Positions 22,525-32,255 of a DNA stretch of 51,072 nt are shown here, piece by piece (the stretch's first letter is position 1; each line of letters starts with the position of its first letter). Position numbers and translations under genes: made by a program. The notes beneath the pieces were generated by a model. That model made no database searches and was not told where the DNA came from. It saw only the letters and a program-made list of their open reading frames with translations. This stretch comes from Rubrivivax sp. SCN 70-15 (GTDB lineage: Bacteria > Pseudomonadota > Gammaproteobacteria > Burkholderiales > Burkholderiaceae_C), in the NCBI GenBank assembly GCA_001725505.1, contig MEGM01000001.1:1-51072 (forward strand), given 5' to 3'.

Positions 22525-24711
22525 ATGCCCATGCCCCTGCTCTCCAGACTGCTCGCCAGCGCCGCGCTGGCCGCCCCCCTCCTCGCCCAGGCCGCGCTGC
22601 CCGGCGCGAGCGTGACGACGCCGCAGGTGCGCGCCGAACTGCTGGTGCAGGCGCCGGACGGCGTGACGCCCGGCAAGCCGCTCTGGCTGGGCCTGAAGAT
22701 CGAGCACCAGCCGCACTGGCACACCTACTGGAAGAACCCGGGCGACTCGGGCCTGCCGACCTCGCTCGAGTGGACGCTGTCCGGCGGCGCGACCGCCGGC
22801 GACATCGAGTGGCCGACGCCAAAGAAGCTGCCGATCGGCCCGCTGCTCAACTACGGCTACGAAGACACGCTGCTGCTGCCGGTGCCGGTCACGGTGCCTT
22901 CGGGCTTCGCCGCCGACCGGCTGGACGTCAAGCTGCACGCCGACTGGCTCGTCTGCCAGGAGGTCTGCATCCCGCAGTCGGGCGATTTCGCACTGTCGAT
23001 CCCGGCCCGGGCATCGACCGTCGAGGACGCGGCCCTCTTTGCCGCGGCACGCGCCGCCCAGCCGCAGCCCGCGCCCGGGGCGCAGGCCAGCGCCAGGCTG
23101 CAGGGCCAGACGCTGCAGGTGCAGGTGAGCGGCCTGCCGGCGGCGTGGCAGGGCCGGCCGCTGTCGCTGCTGCCCGAGACGCCGGGGCTGCTGCAGAACG
23201 CCGCGGTCCAGAAGGCGGGCTGGCACGGCGACGCCTGGACCGCGGAGCTGCCGCTGGACCCGCAGCGCAGCGCCTCGCCCGCCGCGCTGCCGGTGGTGCT
23301 GATCACACCCGGCCAGGCCGCCGGGATCGAGGTCGAGGTGAAGGTCGCCGGCCCCTGGCCGGCGGCGGCGACGCCGGCCGAGTTGCCTGCGCCGGGCGCC
23401 GCGCCCGCGGCGCCGGATGCGGCGGCCACGCTGCCGGCCGCCCCGGCGTCGAGCGCCGGCCTGATGCTGACGCTGCTGCTCGCGCTCGCCGGCGGCACGC
23501 TGCTCAACCTGATGCCCTGCGTGTTCCCGGTGCTGTCGCTGAAGGTGTTCGGTTTCGCGTCCAAGGCGAACGACCGGCGCGCGCTGCTCGCCGGCGGCCT
23601 GGCCTACACCGCCGGCGTGGTGCTGTCCTTCGTCGCGCTGGCCGCGCTGCTGCTCGCGCTGCGCGCCGGCGGTGAACAGCTCGGCTGGGGCTTTCAGCTG
23701 CAGTCGCCCGCGGTCATCGCAGCGCTGGCGGCGCTGTTCACGCTGATCGGGCTCAACCTCGCCGGGCTGTTCGAGTTCGGCTCGCTGCTGCCCGGCACCT
23801 GGCTCGCCGCGAGCGCGCGCCATCCGCTCGTCGACTCGCTGCTCACCGGCGTGCTCGCGGTCGCGGTCGCTTCGCCCTGCACCGCGCCGTTCATGGGCGC
23901 ATCGCTCGGCGCCGCGGTGACGCTGCCGACGGCGCAGGCGCTGGCCGTGTTCGCCGCGCTCGGCCTGGGCATGGCGCTGCCTTACCTGCTCGCGAGCGCG
24001 TGGCCGGGGCTGGCGCGCGCGCTGCCGCGGCCCGGCGTCTGGATGGCGCATTTCAAGTCGCTGATGGCGTTCCCGATGTTCGCCACCGTCGTCTGGCTGG
24101 TCTGGGTGCTCGGCCAACAGACCGGCATCGACGGCGCCGCGGCCCTGCTCGCCGCGCTCGTCGCGCTCGCCTTCGTCGCCTGGGCGCTGGGCTCGGCCGC
24201 GCTCGGCCGGCGCGCGCGCTGGGGCTTCGGCGCGCTCGCGCTGGCGCTGCTCGCCGTGACGCTGTCGTGGACGCTGCCGGCGCTGCGCGAGAGCGCCGCC
24301 GCGCCGGCCACCGCCGCGGCCGGATGGGAGCCGTGGACGCCGGCGCGCGAGGCCGAGCTGCGCGCGCAAGGCCGGCCGGTGTTCGTCGACTTCACCGCCG
24401 CCTGGTGCGTGACCTGCCAGGTGAACAAGCGCGCGACGCTGAACGACGCCTCGGTCCGGGCCGACTTCCGCGCCAAGGGCGTGGCCTTGCTCGAAGCCGA
24501 CTGGACGCGCCGCGACGCGGCGATCACCGCCGAGCTGGCGCGCCTGGGCCGCAGCGGTGTGCCGGTCTACGTGCTCTACGCGCCGGGCGGCGCGCCGCCA
24601 CACCTGCTCAGCGAGATCCTGAGCGTCGGTCAGGTGCGCGACTTGCTCGCGACGCTGCCGGACGTGCCCGGCGCGTCGGCGCTCGCTCGGACGCCGGCGC
24701 CGGCCGGCTGA
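22525..24711 (+). CDS. dsbD: DsbD family thiol:disulfide interchange protein
   Basis: Signal peptide; WHTYWKNPGDSG and VCQEVCIP N-domain; NLMPCVFPVL and SPCTAPFM TM cysteines; thioredoxin FTAAWCVTC. Confidence 0.9.
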   Translation: MPMPLLSRLLASAALAAPLLAQAALPGASVTTPQVRAELLVQAPDGVTPGKPLWLGLKIEHQPHWHTYWKNPGDSGLPTSLEWTLSGGATAGDIEWPTPKKLPIGPLLNYGYEDTLLLPVPVTVPSGFAADRLDVKLHADWLVCQEVCIPQSGDFALSIPARASTVEDAALFAAARAAQPQPAPGAQASARLQGQTLQVQVSGLPAAWQGRPLSLLPETPGLLQNAAVQKAGWHGDAWTAELPLDPQRSASPAALPVVLITPGQAAGIEVEVKVAGPWPAAATPAELPAPGAAPAAPDAAATLPAAPASSAGLMLTLLLALAGGTLLNLMPCVFPVLSLKVFGFASKANDRRALLAGGLAYTAGVVLSFVALAALLLALRAGGEQLGWGFQLQSPAVIAALAALFTLIGLNLAGLFEFGSLLPGTWLAASARHPLVDSLLTGVLAVAVASPCTAPFMGASLGAAVTLPTAQALAVFAALGLGMALPYLLASAWPGLARALPRPGVWMAHFKSLMAFPMFATVVWLVWVLGQQTGIDGAAALLAALVALAFVAWALGSAALGRRARWGFGALALALLAVTLSWTLPALRESAAAPATAAAGWEPWTPAREAELRAQGRPVFVDFTAAWCVTCQVNKRATLNDASVRADFRAKGVALLEADWTRRDAAITAELARLGRSGVPVYVLYAPGGAPPHLLSEILSVGQVRDLLATLPDVPGASALARTPAPAG

Positions 24712-24718
24712 GCGGCGC

Positions 24719-26335
24719 TCAGGGCAGGCGCCGGTACTGCGCGGCGAGCTCCTTGAACGGCTGCGCATCGACCGCGCGGCCGGTCTCCTCGGCCACGATC
24801 TCAGCCACCGCGTCGGCCAGCGCCCCGGCCTGCGCCGCGTCCAGGAATAGCAGGCGCGAGCGGCGCGCGAGCACGTCCTCGACCTCGCGCGCCATCTCGT
24901 AGCGCACCGCGAAGCGGACCATCGCCTCGCTCAGCCCGGGCCGGCCGGACTCGGCGTCGTGCCACAGCCAGCGCGTCGCGCCGGGCAGCTGCGCGAGCAG
25001 CGCCGCCTCGCTGCCGTACAGATGCTCGCCCGGCGGCTCGGACAGGGGCCGGCCCGGCGCACTGCCGAGCAGCGGCAGCCGTTCGGTGACGCCGCCCGGC
25101 CGACGCTCGAGCAGGCCATGCGCCATGCACCGGTCGAGCACGTCCTCGGCCATCGAACGGTAGGTCGTCCACTTGCCCCCTGTGACGGTGACGAGCCCGG
25201 AGCGGCCGACCGCCACCGTGTGCTCGCGCGAGATCGTCTTCGTGCTGAGTCCCGCGGGCCCATCGGTGCCGGCCGCGGCCTCGTCGCCGGAAGGCCTGAC
25301 AAGCGGGCGCAGCCCGACCCAGACCGAGCGCACGTCCTCGCGCCGCGGCGCAGCCGCCAGGTAGCGGCCCGCCTCGCGCAGGATGAACTCGACCTCGTCC
25401 GCGAACGGCGCCGGCTCGCGCGCCAGGTCCTCGCGCGGCGTGTCGGTGGTGCCGAGCACGGTCTTGCCGAGCCAGGGCACGGCAAAGAGCACGCGACCGT
25501 CGGCGGTCTTGGGCACCAGCAGCGCGTGGCTGCCGGGCAGGAAGCGCCGGTCGACGACCAGGTGCACGCCCTGGCTCGGCGCGACCATCGGCGAGCGCGG
25601 CGGCGCATCGGCGTCGCGGTCCATGTCGCGCACCGCGTCGACCCAGACGCCGGCGGCGTTGACGACGCAGCGCGCGCGCAGCGTCGCGGCCTGGCCGGTC
25701 TCGGCGTCGCGCACGACGAGGCCGCGCACGCGGCCGCCGTCGCGCAGCAGACCGGTCGCTGCGCAGTGGTTGACGACGAGCGCACCGCGCGCGGCCGCGG
25801 TGCGCGCGAGCAGCACCGCGAGCCGGGCGTCGTCGAACTGGCCGTCCCAGTACTTGACGCCACCCCACAGACCGCGCGGCTGCACGCCGGGCAGCAGTTC
25901 GCGCACGCGCGCCGACCCGAGCCATTCGGTGGCGCCCAGGCCGCGGCGTCCGGCGAGCGCGTCGTAGGCCTTGAGCCCGATGCCGTAGAAGCCGCGCTCC
26001 CACCAGTGGTAGCCGGGCATCACGAAGGGCAGCCGCTGCGCGACGTGCGGTGCGTTCGCGAGCATCGCGGCGCGCTCGCGCAGAGCCTCGCGCACGAGGC
26101 CGATGTCGCCCTGCGCCAGGTAGCGCACGCCGCCATGCGCGAGCTTGGTCGCGCGCGACGAGGTCCCTTTCGCGAAGTCGTGCGACTCGACGAGCACGAC
26201 CGAGAAGCCGCGCGCGGCGGCGTCGAGCGCCAGACCGCAGCCGGTCGCGCCCCCGCCGACGATCGCCAGGTCCCACTCGCGCGCGGCGGTCAGCCGCTCG
26301 ACCAGCGCCGCGCGCTCGATCGGCAGCCCGTTCAT
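24719..26335 (-). CDS. glpD: FAD-dependent glycerol-3-phosphate dehydrogenase/oxidase
   Basis: GGGATG, GTSSRATKLAHGGVRYL, DGQFDDARL, GLRPL, TGGKWTTYR, DVLARRSR; ATGA overlap with upstream gene. Confidence 0.9.
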   Translation of the reverse strand: MNGLPIERAALVERLTAAREWDLAIVGGGATGCGLALDAAARGFSVVLVESHDFAKGTSSRATKLAHGGVRYLAQGDIGLVREALRERAAMLANAPHVAQRLPFVMPGYHWWERGFYGIGLKAYDALAGRRGLGATEWLGSARVRELLPGVQPRGLWGGVKYWDGQFDDARLAVLLARTAAARGALVVNHCAATGLLRDGGRVRGLVVRDAETGQAATLRARCVVNAAGVWVDAVRDMDRDADAPPRSPMVAPSQGVHLVVDRRFLPGSHALLVPKTADGRVLFAVPWLGKTVLGTTDTPREDLAREPAPFADEVEFILREAGRYLAAAPRREDVRSVWVGLRPLVRPSGDEAAAGTDGPAGLSTKTISREHTVAVGRSGLVTVTGGKWTTYRSMAEDVLDRCMAHGLLERRPGGVTERLPLLGSAPGRPLSEPPGEHLYGSEAALLAQLPGATRWLWHDAESGRPGLSEAMVRFAVRYEMAREVEDVLARRSRLLFLDAAQAGALADAVAEIVAEETGRAVDAQPFKELAAQYRRLP

Positions 26336-27225
26336 CCGGCGGCGAAGTTGACCGGCAGCCCGGGCACGTCGACGCGCAGCGTCAGCACGCAGCCGGCGAG
26401 CGGCTGCGCCGCCAGTTCCCCGGCCGGGCGGTGCGCGCGCGCGGTGGTGACGAACAGCGTGCGCAGGTCGGGGCCGCCGAAGCAGGGCATCGTCGGGCAG
26501 CGCACCGGCAGCGACACCTCGCGCCGCACGCGGCCGTCGGCGCCGAAGCACAGCAGGCGCTGGCCCTCGTACATCGCGACCCAGTAATTCCCTTCGACAT
26601 CGACCGCGGCGCCGTCGGGCCGGCCGCCGTAGGTGGCGAGGTCCTGGCCGGCGGCCTTGCGCGCGAAGCTCGCGAACACGCGCTGCCTCGACAGCGAGCC
26701 GTCGCTGGCGTCGAAGTCGAAGGCGACGATGCGGTGCGCGTGGGTGTCGCTCCAATACATCGTGCGGCCGTCCGGGCTCCAGGCCAGGCCGTTGCTGACG
26801 CTGATGTCGCCGGCGATGCGGTCGAGCCGGCCCGCGGCCCAGCGGTAGAGCGCCGCGCGCGGCGGATCGCGCGGGTCGCACAGCGAGCCGACCCAGAACC
26901 GGCCCTGCGGATCGGCCTTGCCGTCGTTGAAGCGCTGTTCGCTGCGGTCGTAGGGGGCGTCGGCGAGCAGCTCGCTGCGGCCGCTGGCAGGGTCGAACGC
27001 GACCAGGCCGCGGCGCTGCGCGAGCAGCAGCCGGCCGCCGGGCAGCGGCGCGAAGCTGCCGACCTCGCTGTCGAAGGCCCACTCGTCGTGGGTCGCGGTC
27101 GCCGGCCGCCAGCGGTGCAGCCTCAGCCCCGGGATGTCGCACCAGTACAGCGCGCCCTGCTCGGGCCACCAGGTCGGCGACTCGCCGAGCAGCGCCGGTG
27201 CGACCGGCAGCGCCTGGATCTCCAT
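26332..27225 (-). CDS. SMP-30/gluconolactonase family sugar lactonase
   Basis: LGESP.W, RFNDGKADPQGRFW, SNGLAWSPDG, PDGAAVD, CFGGPDLRTLFVT. Confidence 0.92.
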   Translation of the reverse strand: MEIQALPVAPALLGESPTWWPEQGALYWCDIPGLRLHRWRPATATHDEWAFDSEVGSFAPLPGGRLLLAQRRGLVAFDPASGRSELLADAPYDRSEQRFNDGKADPQGRFWVGSLCDPRDPPRAALYRWAAGRLDRIAGDISVSNGLAWSPDGRTMYWSDTHAHRIVAFDFDASDGSLSRQRVFASFARKAAGQDLATYGGRPDGAAVDVEGNYWVAMYEGQRLLCFGADGRVRREVSLPVRCPTMPCFGGPDLRTLFVTTARAHRPAGELAAQPLAGCVLTLRVDVPGLPVNFAAG

Positions 27226-27227
27226 CG

Positions 27228-28079
27228 TCAGACCGCCTCGACCTCGAGCTTCATCCAGGCGTCGAAGCTGACGCCCGGCGGCACCGTGCGCAGGCCGTGC
27301 GCGGCCGGGTCGGCCATGTGCAGCGCGTTGCTGACCTGGCTCACCGGTTCGACGCAGAAATAGCCCTTGGTCTGCGGCGTGTAGACGACGAGGTAGGGCA
27401 GCGACGAGCTCAGCCGCATCGAGAACTTCTCGTCGCGGATACGCGCCGGCCCGCGCCAGCCTTCGAAGCAATGGTCGAAGTCCAGGTGCGCGACGTCACC
27501 GTCGATGCCCGGCTGCGGCACCTTGCGCGTGGGCAGGCCGCTCGGGTCCGACTCCCAGCGCTCGCTCAGCTCGACGTGCAGCCGGCTGCGCGGGCGCTTC
27601 ACGAAGTAAGGGTGCCAGCCCAGCCCGACCGGCTGCGCCTGCGCGGCGCCGTTCGTGAACACCAGGTGGACCTCGAGCGCCGACGGCGTGAGCACGAAGC
27701 GCTGGCGCAGCTGGAACGCGAACGGCCATTGCGCGTCGCCGGCGTGCTGCAGTTCCAGCTCGGCCTCGCTTGCACCGGCCGACAGCACGCTCCAGGGTTC
27801 GAGCCAGGCCACGCCGTGGAGCGAATGCGGGCTGTCGTCGAAGTTGGGCGCCGTGGTGTGGTCCTGCCCCTGCCAGCGGAAGCGCCGGTAGCCGAGCCGG
27901 TTCGGGTAGGGCGCGAGCGGGTAGCAGCCCGACTGGCGCGACGCCGCCAGTTCGCCGGGCTCGGTGCTTCGCAGCACCGGCAGATCCCCGAGCCAGAGGC
28001 CGGCGATGCTGCCGCCGAGGTCGGGTCGCAAGGCCAGGCGCAGCTCGCCGGCGCGCAGTTCGAGGGCAGTGGTCGTCAT
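27228..28079 (-). CDS. Aldose 1-epimerase (mutarotase-like)
   Basis: PYPNRL, HSLHG, GLGWHPYF, FCVEPVS. Confidence 0.9.
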   Translation of the reverse strand: MTTTALELRAGELRLALRPDLGGSIAGLWLGDLPVLRSTEPGELAASRQSGCYPLAPYPNRLGYRRFRWQGQDHTTAPNFDDSPHSLHGVAWLEPWSVLSAGASEAELELQHAGDAQWPFAFQLRQRFVLTPSALEVHLVFTNGAAQAQPVGLGWHPYFVKRPRSRLHVELSERWESDPSGLPTRKVPQPGIDGDVAHLDFDHCFEGWRGPARIRDEKFSMRLSSSLPYLVVYTPQTKGYFCVEPVSQVSNALHMADPAAHGLRTVPPGVSFDAWMKLEVEAV

Positions 28080-28100
28080 TCGGTCTCTTTCCTGTCGGGT

Positions 28101-28610
28101 TCAGTACCGGGTGCGAGTGTCGTTCAGGTCGGCGCGCAGGTAATGCGCGCCGGCGACCGGGTTGAAGTAATAGGGCGGGATCTCCTCGAAACCCAGGGTC
28201 TCGTACAGGTCGCGCGCAGCTTCCATGTCGTCCAGCGTGTCGAGGAGCATGTTCGAGTAGCCGGCGCCGCGCGCGCGATCGATCAGCGCGCTGGCGAGCG
28301 CGCGTCCCAGGCCGAAGCGGCGGAACGCACGGCGCACGTACAGGCGCTTCATCTCGCAGGCGTTCGCATAGTCGACATCGGCGAGCGGCCGCAGCGCGCC
28401 GCAACCGGCCAACTGGCCGTCGACGAAGGCCAGCAGCAGCGCGCCGCCGGGCGCTGCGTACTCGCCCGGCAGCCCCGCGAGCTCGGCCTCGAAACCCTGG
28501 AAGCCCAGGTCCACCCCCAGCGCCGCGGCGTACTCGGCGAAGATCCGGCGCGCGTCGTCGAGCAGCGCCGGCGTGTCGGCCTCGAGCAGGCGGATCTCGG
28601 GGGCGTCCAC
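28101..28610 (-). CDS. GNAT family N-acetyltransferase
   Basis: GTG start; DLGFQGFEAELAGLPGEY, CEMKRLYVR..FRRFGLG, LDTL, LYETLGF. Confidence 0.9.
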   Translation of the reverse strand: MDAPEIRLLEADTPALLDDARRIFAEYAAALGVDLGFQGFEAELAGLPGEYAAPGGALLLAFVDGQLAGCGALRPLADVDYANACEMKRLYVRRAFRRFGLGRALASALIDRARGAGYSNMLLDTLDDMEAARDLYETLGFEEIPPYYFNPVAGAHYLRADLNDTRTRY

Positions 28611-28623
28611 GCGCGGTCTTCGA

Positions 28624-29316
28624 TCAGCCGCCGAGCGACACGACCCAGGCCACCGCCGCCGCACACAGCGCGGCGAGCAGCAGCGCGATCAGCCGCGTCG
28701 CGAGGTTGTCGGTCGCCGCCGGCGTCGCGGCAGGCAGCGTCTTGTCGCCGCTGAGCATCGGGCGCACGAGGTCGACGCCGCGGCGCAGCCGGTAGTAGGC
28801 GATCGCCGCGACGTGCAGCGCGACCACGCCGTAGATCAGCCACTGGCCCCATTCGGTGTGCCAGGCCGTCGCACGGCTCGCGGTCGCGTCGCTGACGAAG
28901 CGGTTCAGCGGGCCGACGTTCGAGATCTCGTCGTCGGCCACGAGACCGGTCGCGACCTGCGCGACCAGCAGTCCGAGCAGCGCATAGACCGACAGGCTGC
29001 CGAGCGGGTTGTGGCCGACGTCCAGATGCTCGCCGGCGCGGCGCTCGCCGCGCAGGTAACGCCGCAGCGCGCCGGGGCCGTGGACGAAGCTCGCGAAGCG
29101 CGACCAGCGCCCGCCGACGAAGCCCCACAGCAGCCGGAATGCGAGCAGCGTGAACGCCGCGTAGCCGAAGCGGAAATGCCAGACCATCGCGTTGCCACCG
29201 ATCTGCGCGCTGATCACCGAGCCGGTGACGACGCAGGCCAGCGTCCAGTGGAACAGCCGCGTCGGCAGGTCCCAGACGCGGATCGAGGCGGTGTCGTCGT
29301 CGGCGCTGGCGGTCAT
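28624..29316 (-). CDS. Membrane di-heme cytochrome b (Ni-hydrogenase b-type family)
   Basis: RVWDLPTRLFHW, WH.R.GY, GHNPLG, LHVAAI; divergent from cytochrome c'. Confidence 0.9.
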   Translation of the reverse strand: MTASADDDTASIRVWDLPTRLFHWTLACVVTGSVISAQIGGNAMVWHFRFGYAAFTLLAFRLLWGFVGGRWSRFASFVHGPGALRRYLRGERRAGEHLDVGHNPLGSLSVYALLGLLVAQVATGLVADDEISNVGPLNRFVSDATASRATAWHTEWGQWLIYGVVALHVAAIAYYRLRRGVDLVRPMLSGDKTLPAATPAATDNLATRLIALLLAALCAAAVAWVVSLGG

Positions 29317-29524
29317 CGGCAGAAAGGCGCCGGTGCCGGCGCGGGGTTTGGCAGACGCAACCATACCGCGAAGCGGGTCGAGGTCGCCGGCCGTCGGTCG
29401 ACGGCGGAACTTCGGGGAGACCCTGACGACAAAGGGGGGCGTCGGACCGTTGCGTAGACTCGTGCGCCAGCGATGCCTTCGGCACGCGCCTTCGCCCGTC
29501 ACAACCCATCTCTGGAGATCACCG

Positions 29525-29980
29525 ATGACCCGTCTGCTTCTTGCTGCTGCCCTCGTTGGCGGCCTCGCCACCGCCCTGCCCGCCGCGGCGCAGTTCCAGA
29601 AGCCCGAGGACGCAGTCAAGTACCGCCAGAGCGCGATGACCCTGATCGCCCACCACTTCGGCGGCCTCGCCGCGATGGCGCAGGGCAAGGTCCCGTACGA
29701 CGCGAAGGCCGCGGCCTTCAACGCCAACATCGTCGCGACGCTGGCCCACCTGCCCTTCACCGCCTTCGGCGAAGGCACCGACATGGACCTGCACACCAAG
29801 GCCAAGGCCGCGATCTGGAAGGACCCGGCCAAGTTCAAGGCCGCGCAGGACAAGCTCTTCGCCGCCGTGACCAAGCTCGACGCGGCCGCCAAGGCGGGCA
29901 CGCTCGACGCGCTCAAGCCCGCGGTCGGCGCCACCGGCGAGGCCTGCAAGGGCTGCCACGACGACTTCCGCTCGAAGTAG
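29525..29980 (+). CDS. Cytochrome c' (class II)
   Basis: Signal peptide, QFQKPEDAVKYRQ, AIW, C-terminal CKGCH; GGAG RBS. Confidence 0.94.
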   Translation: MTRLLLAAALVGGLATALPAAAQFQKPEDAVKYRQSAMTLIAHHFGGLAAMAQGKVPYDAKAAAFNANIVATLAHLPFTAFGEGTDMDLHTKAKAAIWKDPAKFKAAQDKLFAAVTKLDAAAKAGTLDALKPAVGATGEACKGCHDDFRSK

Positions 29981-30000
29981 CCGGGGCTCGGCGTTCTGGT

Positions 30001-30036
30001 GAACGCATCGCGTCCGCTGCGCGGACATGAGCGTTC
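30001..30036. terminator. Hairpin between the convergent cytochrome c' and alaX genes
   Basis: GAACGC..GTCCGC-TGC-GCGGAC..GCGTTC; the A-run lies on the wrong side for a canonical intrinsic terminator. Confidence 0.35.
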
Positions 30037-30046
30037 CCCGAAAAAA

Positions 30047-30781
30047 TCAGCCCCGGCCTGCGGCCGGCTCGGCGAAGCCGAGGACGACGCGGCGCGTCGT
30101 GGCTGATTTCTTCTCGATCCTGGTCACGACGACGGGGCCGACCTCGGCGGTGTTCGCGACATGCGTGCCGCCGCAGGGCTGCAGGTCGATGCCTTCGATC
30201 TCGAGCACGCGGATCCGGCCCAGGCCGCGCGGCGGCTGCACGCTCATGCTGCGCACGAGCTGGGGGTTCGCGTCGAGCTCGGCCTCGCTGATCCAGCGGT
30301 GACGCACCGGGCGCGCCGCGCCGACCAGGCGCGCGATGCCCGCGCTCAGCGCTTCCTTGTCCAGCGGCTCGGTCATGTGGAAGTCCAGCCTGGCGTAGCC
30401 GGCGGTGATCGAGCAGCCGTCGACCGGATGCGGCACGAGCGCGCACAGCAGGTGGGTCGCGGTGTGGAAGCGCATGTGCGCCTGCCGGCGCGCGGCGTCG
30501 ATGCGCGCGACCACGGCCTGCCCGGGCGGCAGCGCTGCCGGGTCGCTGCCCGGCGCCGGAAGGTGCAGGATCAGGCCCGGCCGCTCCTTGTCCTTGCGCG
30601 TGTCGGCGATCGCGATCTCGCGCCCGTCGGGCAGGCGCAGCCATCCGGCGTCGCCGGCCTGGCCGCCGCCGAGCGGGTAGAACACGGTGCGGTCGAGGAC
30701 GATGCCGCGCTCGTCGGCCGAGACCACGCGCGCCTGGCATTCGAACGCCGTCGCGTCCTCTCGGAAAAGCTCTTCGGTCAT
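30047..30781 (-). CDS. AlaX family free-standing tRNA-editing protein
   Basis: LDRTVFYPLGGGQAGD, HxxxH (RFHTATHLL), CxxxH (PCGGTHV); ATGA overlap. Confidence 0.93.
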   Translation of the reverse strand: MTEELFREDATAFECQARVVSADERGIVLDRTVFYPLGGGQAGDAGWLRLPDGREIAIADTRKDKERPGLILHLPAPGSDPAALPPGQAVVARIDAARRQAHMRFHTATHLLCALVPHPVDGCSITAGYARLDFHMTEPLDKEALSAGIARLVGAARPVRHRWISEAELDANPQLVRSMSVQPPRGLGRIRVLEIEGIDLQPCGGTHVANTAEVGPVVVTRIEKKSATTRRVVLGFAEPAAGRG

Positions 30782-31425
30782 GTCGACTCCAGCGTCACGT
30801 CGCCCCTGGGCGCCGCCAGAACGGCCTGCACGGCCGGGCCGGGCCCGGCCGAGACCGTCGCGCCACGCAGCCGCAGCACCTCGCGCGCGCGGTCGGGAAC
30901 GCCATGCAAGGCCAGCCGCTGCAGCGTGACGCCGCTGTCGGGCAGGTCGGCCGTCGGGTGCCGGCCCGACCACTGGATCAGCGTCGGCAGCGCGCCGCCG
31001 CACTCGAGCCGACCGTCGTCGCGCACCAGGATCTCCCAGCTCAGCGACCCGTGCGCGGTCTCGCGGCTCGCGCGCAGCGGGTTGCCCGGGTTCAGGCCGA
31101 CATTGATCAGGCCCCAGCGGTGCATGTCGAGCATCGTCGAGCGCGCGACCAGATGGATCAGCCGCGGCCCGGCCGAGAGGTCGAGCTTGTCGAGGCCGAA
31201 CCAGCGCGGGCGCGCGGGCGGCGGCGCGTCCGGGTCGATCGCGAGGATCTCGAGATAGGCGTCGGGGAAGGCCTCGCTGGCGATCTTCAGCAAGCGGTTG
31301 TGCGTGCCCATCAGCGCGTGCCGGCCGCCCGCGGCCGGCGTGACGCCGAGCGTGGCCTCGCACCAGGCCACGCCTTCGGCCAGCGACGCGGCAGCCACCA
31401 CGAGATGGTCGACCCACACCGTCAA
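30778..31425 (-). CDS. VOC family (glyoxalase-like) protein
   Basis: Probable TTG start overlapping the PhzF stop; DHLVVAA, GGRHALMGTHNRL, YLEILAIDP, LPTLIQW. Confidence 0.85.
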   Translation of the reverse strand: MTVWVDHLVVAAASLAEGVAWCEATLGVTPAAGGRHALMGTHNRLLKIASEAFPDAYLEILAIDPDAPPPARPRWFGLDKLDLSAGPRLIHLVARSTMLDMHRWGLINVGLNPGNPLRASRETAHGSLSWEILVRDDGRLECGGALPTLIQWSGRHPTADLPDSGVTLQRLALHGVPDRAREVLRLRGATVSAGPGPAVQAVLAAPRGDVTLEST

Positions 31426-32255
31426 AGCTGCACCTCGCCTTCGATGCACGGCGCGACATCGCCGCCGATCCAGACGCCGTCGCCGTCCTGCTGCACGTGC
31501 ACGCGGCCGGCGCGGCCGAGGGCGCTGCCCTGCGCCGCGACATAGCCCGCGGGCGCCAGGCCGGCGCCGATCAGCCATTGTGCAAGGCCGGCGTTCAGGC
31601 TGCCGGTGACCGGGTCCTCGTTGACGGCCAGCGTGGGCACGAAGGCGCGCACCTCGAACGCGGTGTCCTCGCCCGGCGCCTGGGCGCCGACGACGCCGAG
31701 CTTCAGATCGCCGAGCGCGGCCCAGTCCGGGCGCAGCGCGCGCACCTGCGCCGCCGAGCGCAGCATCACCGCGCACCAGCCCGGGCCGTTGTCGACCCAT
31801 TGGTCGCGCAGCAGCTCGGCGTCGGACAGGTGCAGCGCCTTTGCGATCTGCTCCCGCAGCGCCGGCGCCAGCGCGCCGCTGCGGCGCAGCGGCGGCGCGG
31901 CGAAGGCCAGGCGTGCGCCGTCGCGCCGCACCGGCACGAGGCCGACACCGCATTGCTGGACCACGAGCCCGGCCGCGCGCGGCTCGCCACCGGCGGCGAG
32001 CCAGGCCCAGCAGCTGCCCAGCGTCGGGTGGCCGGCGAAAGGCAGCTCGCCGCCGGGCGTGAAGATGCGCACCCGGTAGTCGGCGCGCGCGTCGGTGGGC
32101 GGCAGCAGGAAGGTCGTCTCCGAGAGGTTCGTCCAGCGCGCGAAGGCGGCCATCGTCGTGTCGGACAGGCCGTCCGCGGCATGCACCACCGCGAGCGGGT
32201 TGCCCTTCAGCGGCACGGCGCTGAAGACGTCGAGCTGGTGGAAGCGGCGCTTCAT
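31422..32255 (-). CDS. PhzF family isomerase/epimerase
   Basis: QLDVFS..PLKGNPLAVV, NLSETTF, RIFTP..ELPFAGHPTLG, EDPVTGS. Confidence 0.93.
   Translation of the reverse strand: MKRRFHQLDVFSAVPLKGNPLAVVHAADGLSDTTMAAFARWTNLSETTFLLPPTDARADYRVRIFTPGGELPFAGHPTLGSCWAWLAAGGEPRAAGLVVQQCGVGLVPVRRDGARLAFAAPPLRRSGALAPALREQIAKALHLSDAELLRDQWVDNGPGWCAVMLRSAAQVRALRPDWAALGDLKLGVVGAQAPGEDTAFEVRAFVPTLAVNEDPVTGSLNAGLAQWLIGAGLAPAGYVAAQGSALGRAGRVHVQQDGDGVWIGGDVAPCIEGEVQL

Noticed and set aside
29380-29410. GCCGTCG-GT-CGACGGC palindrome in the cytochrome b / c' spacer
   Set aside because: GC-rich 7-bp arms are expected by chance and match no regulator box I recognise
31422-32255. Phenazine biosynthesis
   Set aside because: Lone PhzF-family gene with no phzA/B, D, E or G
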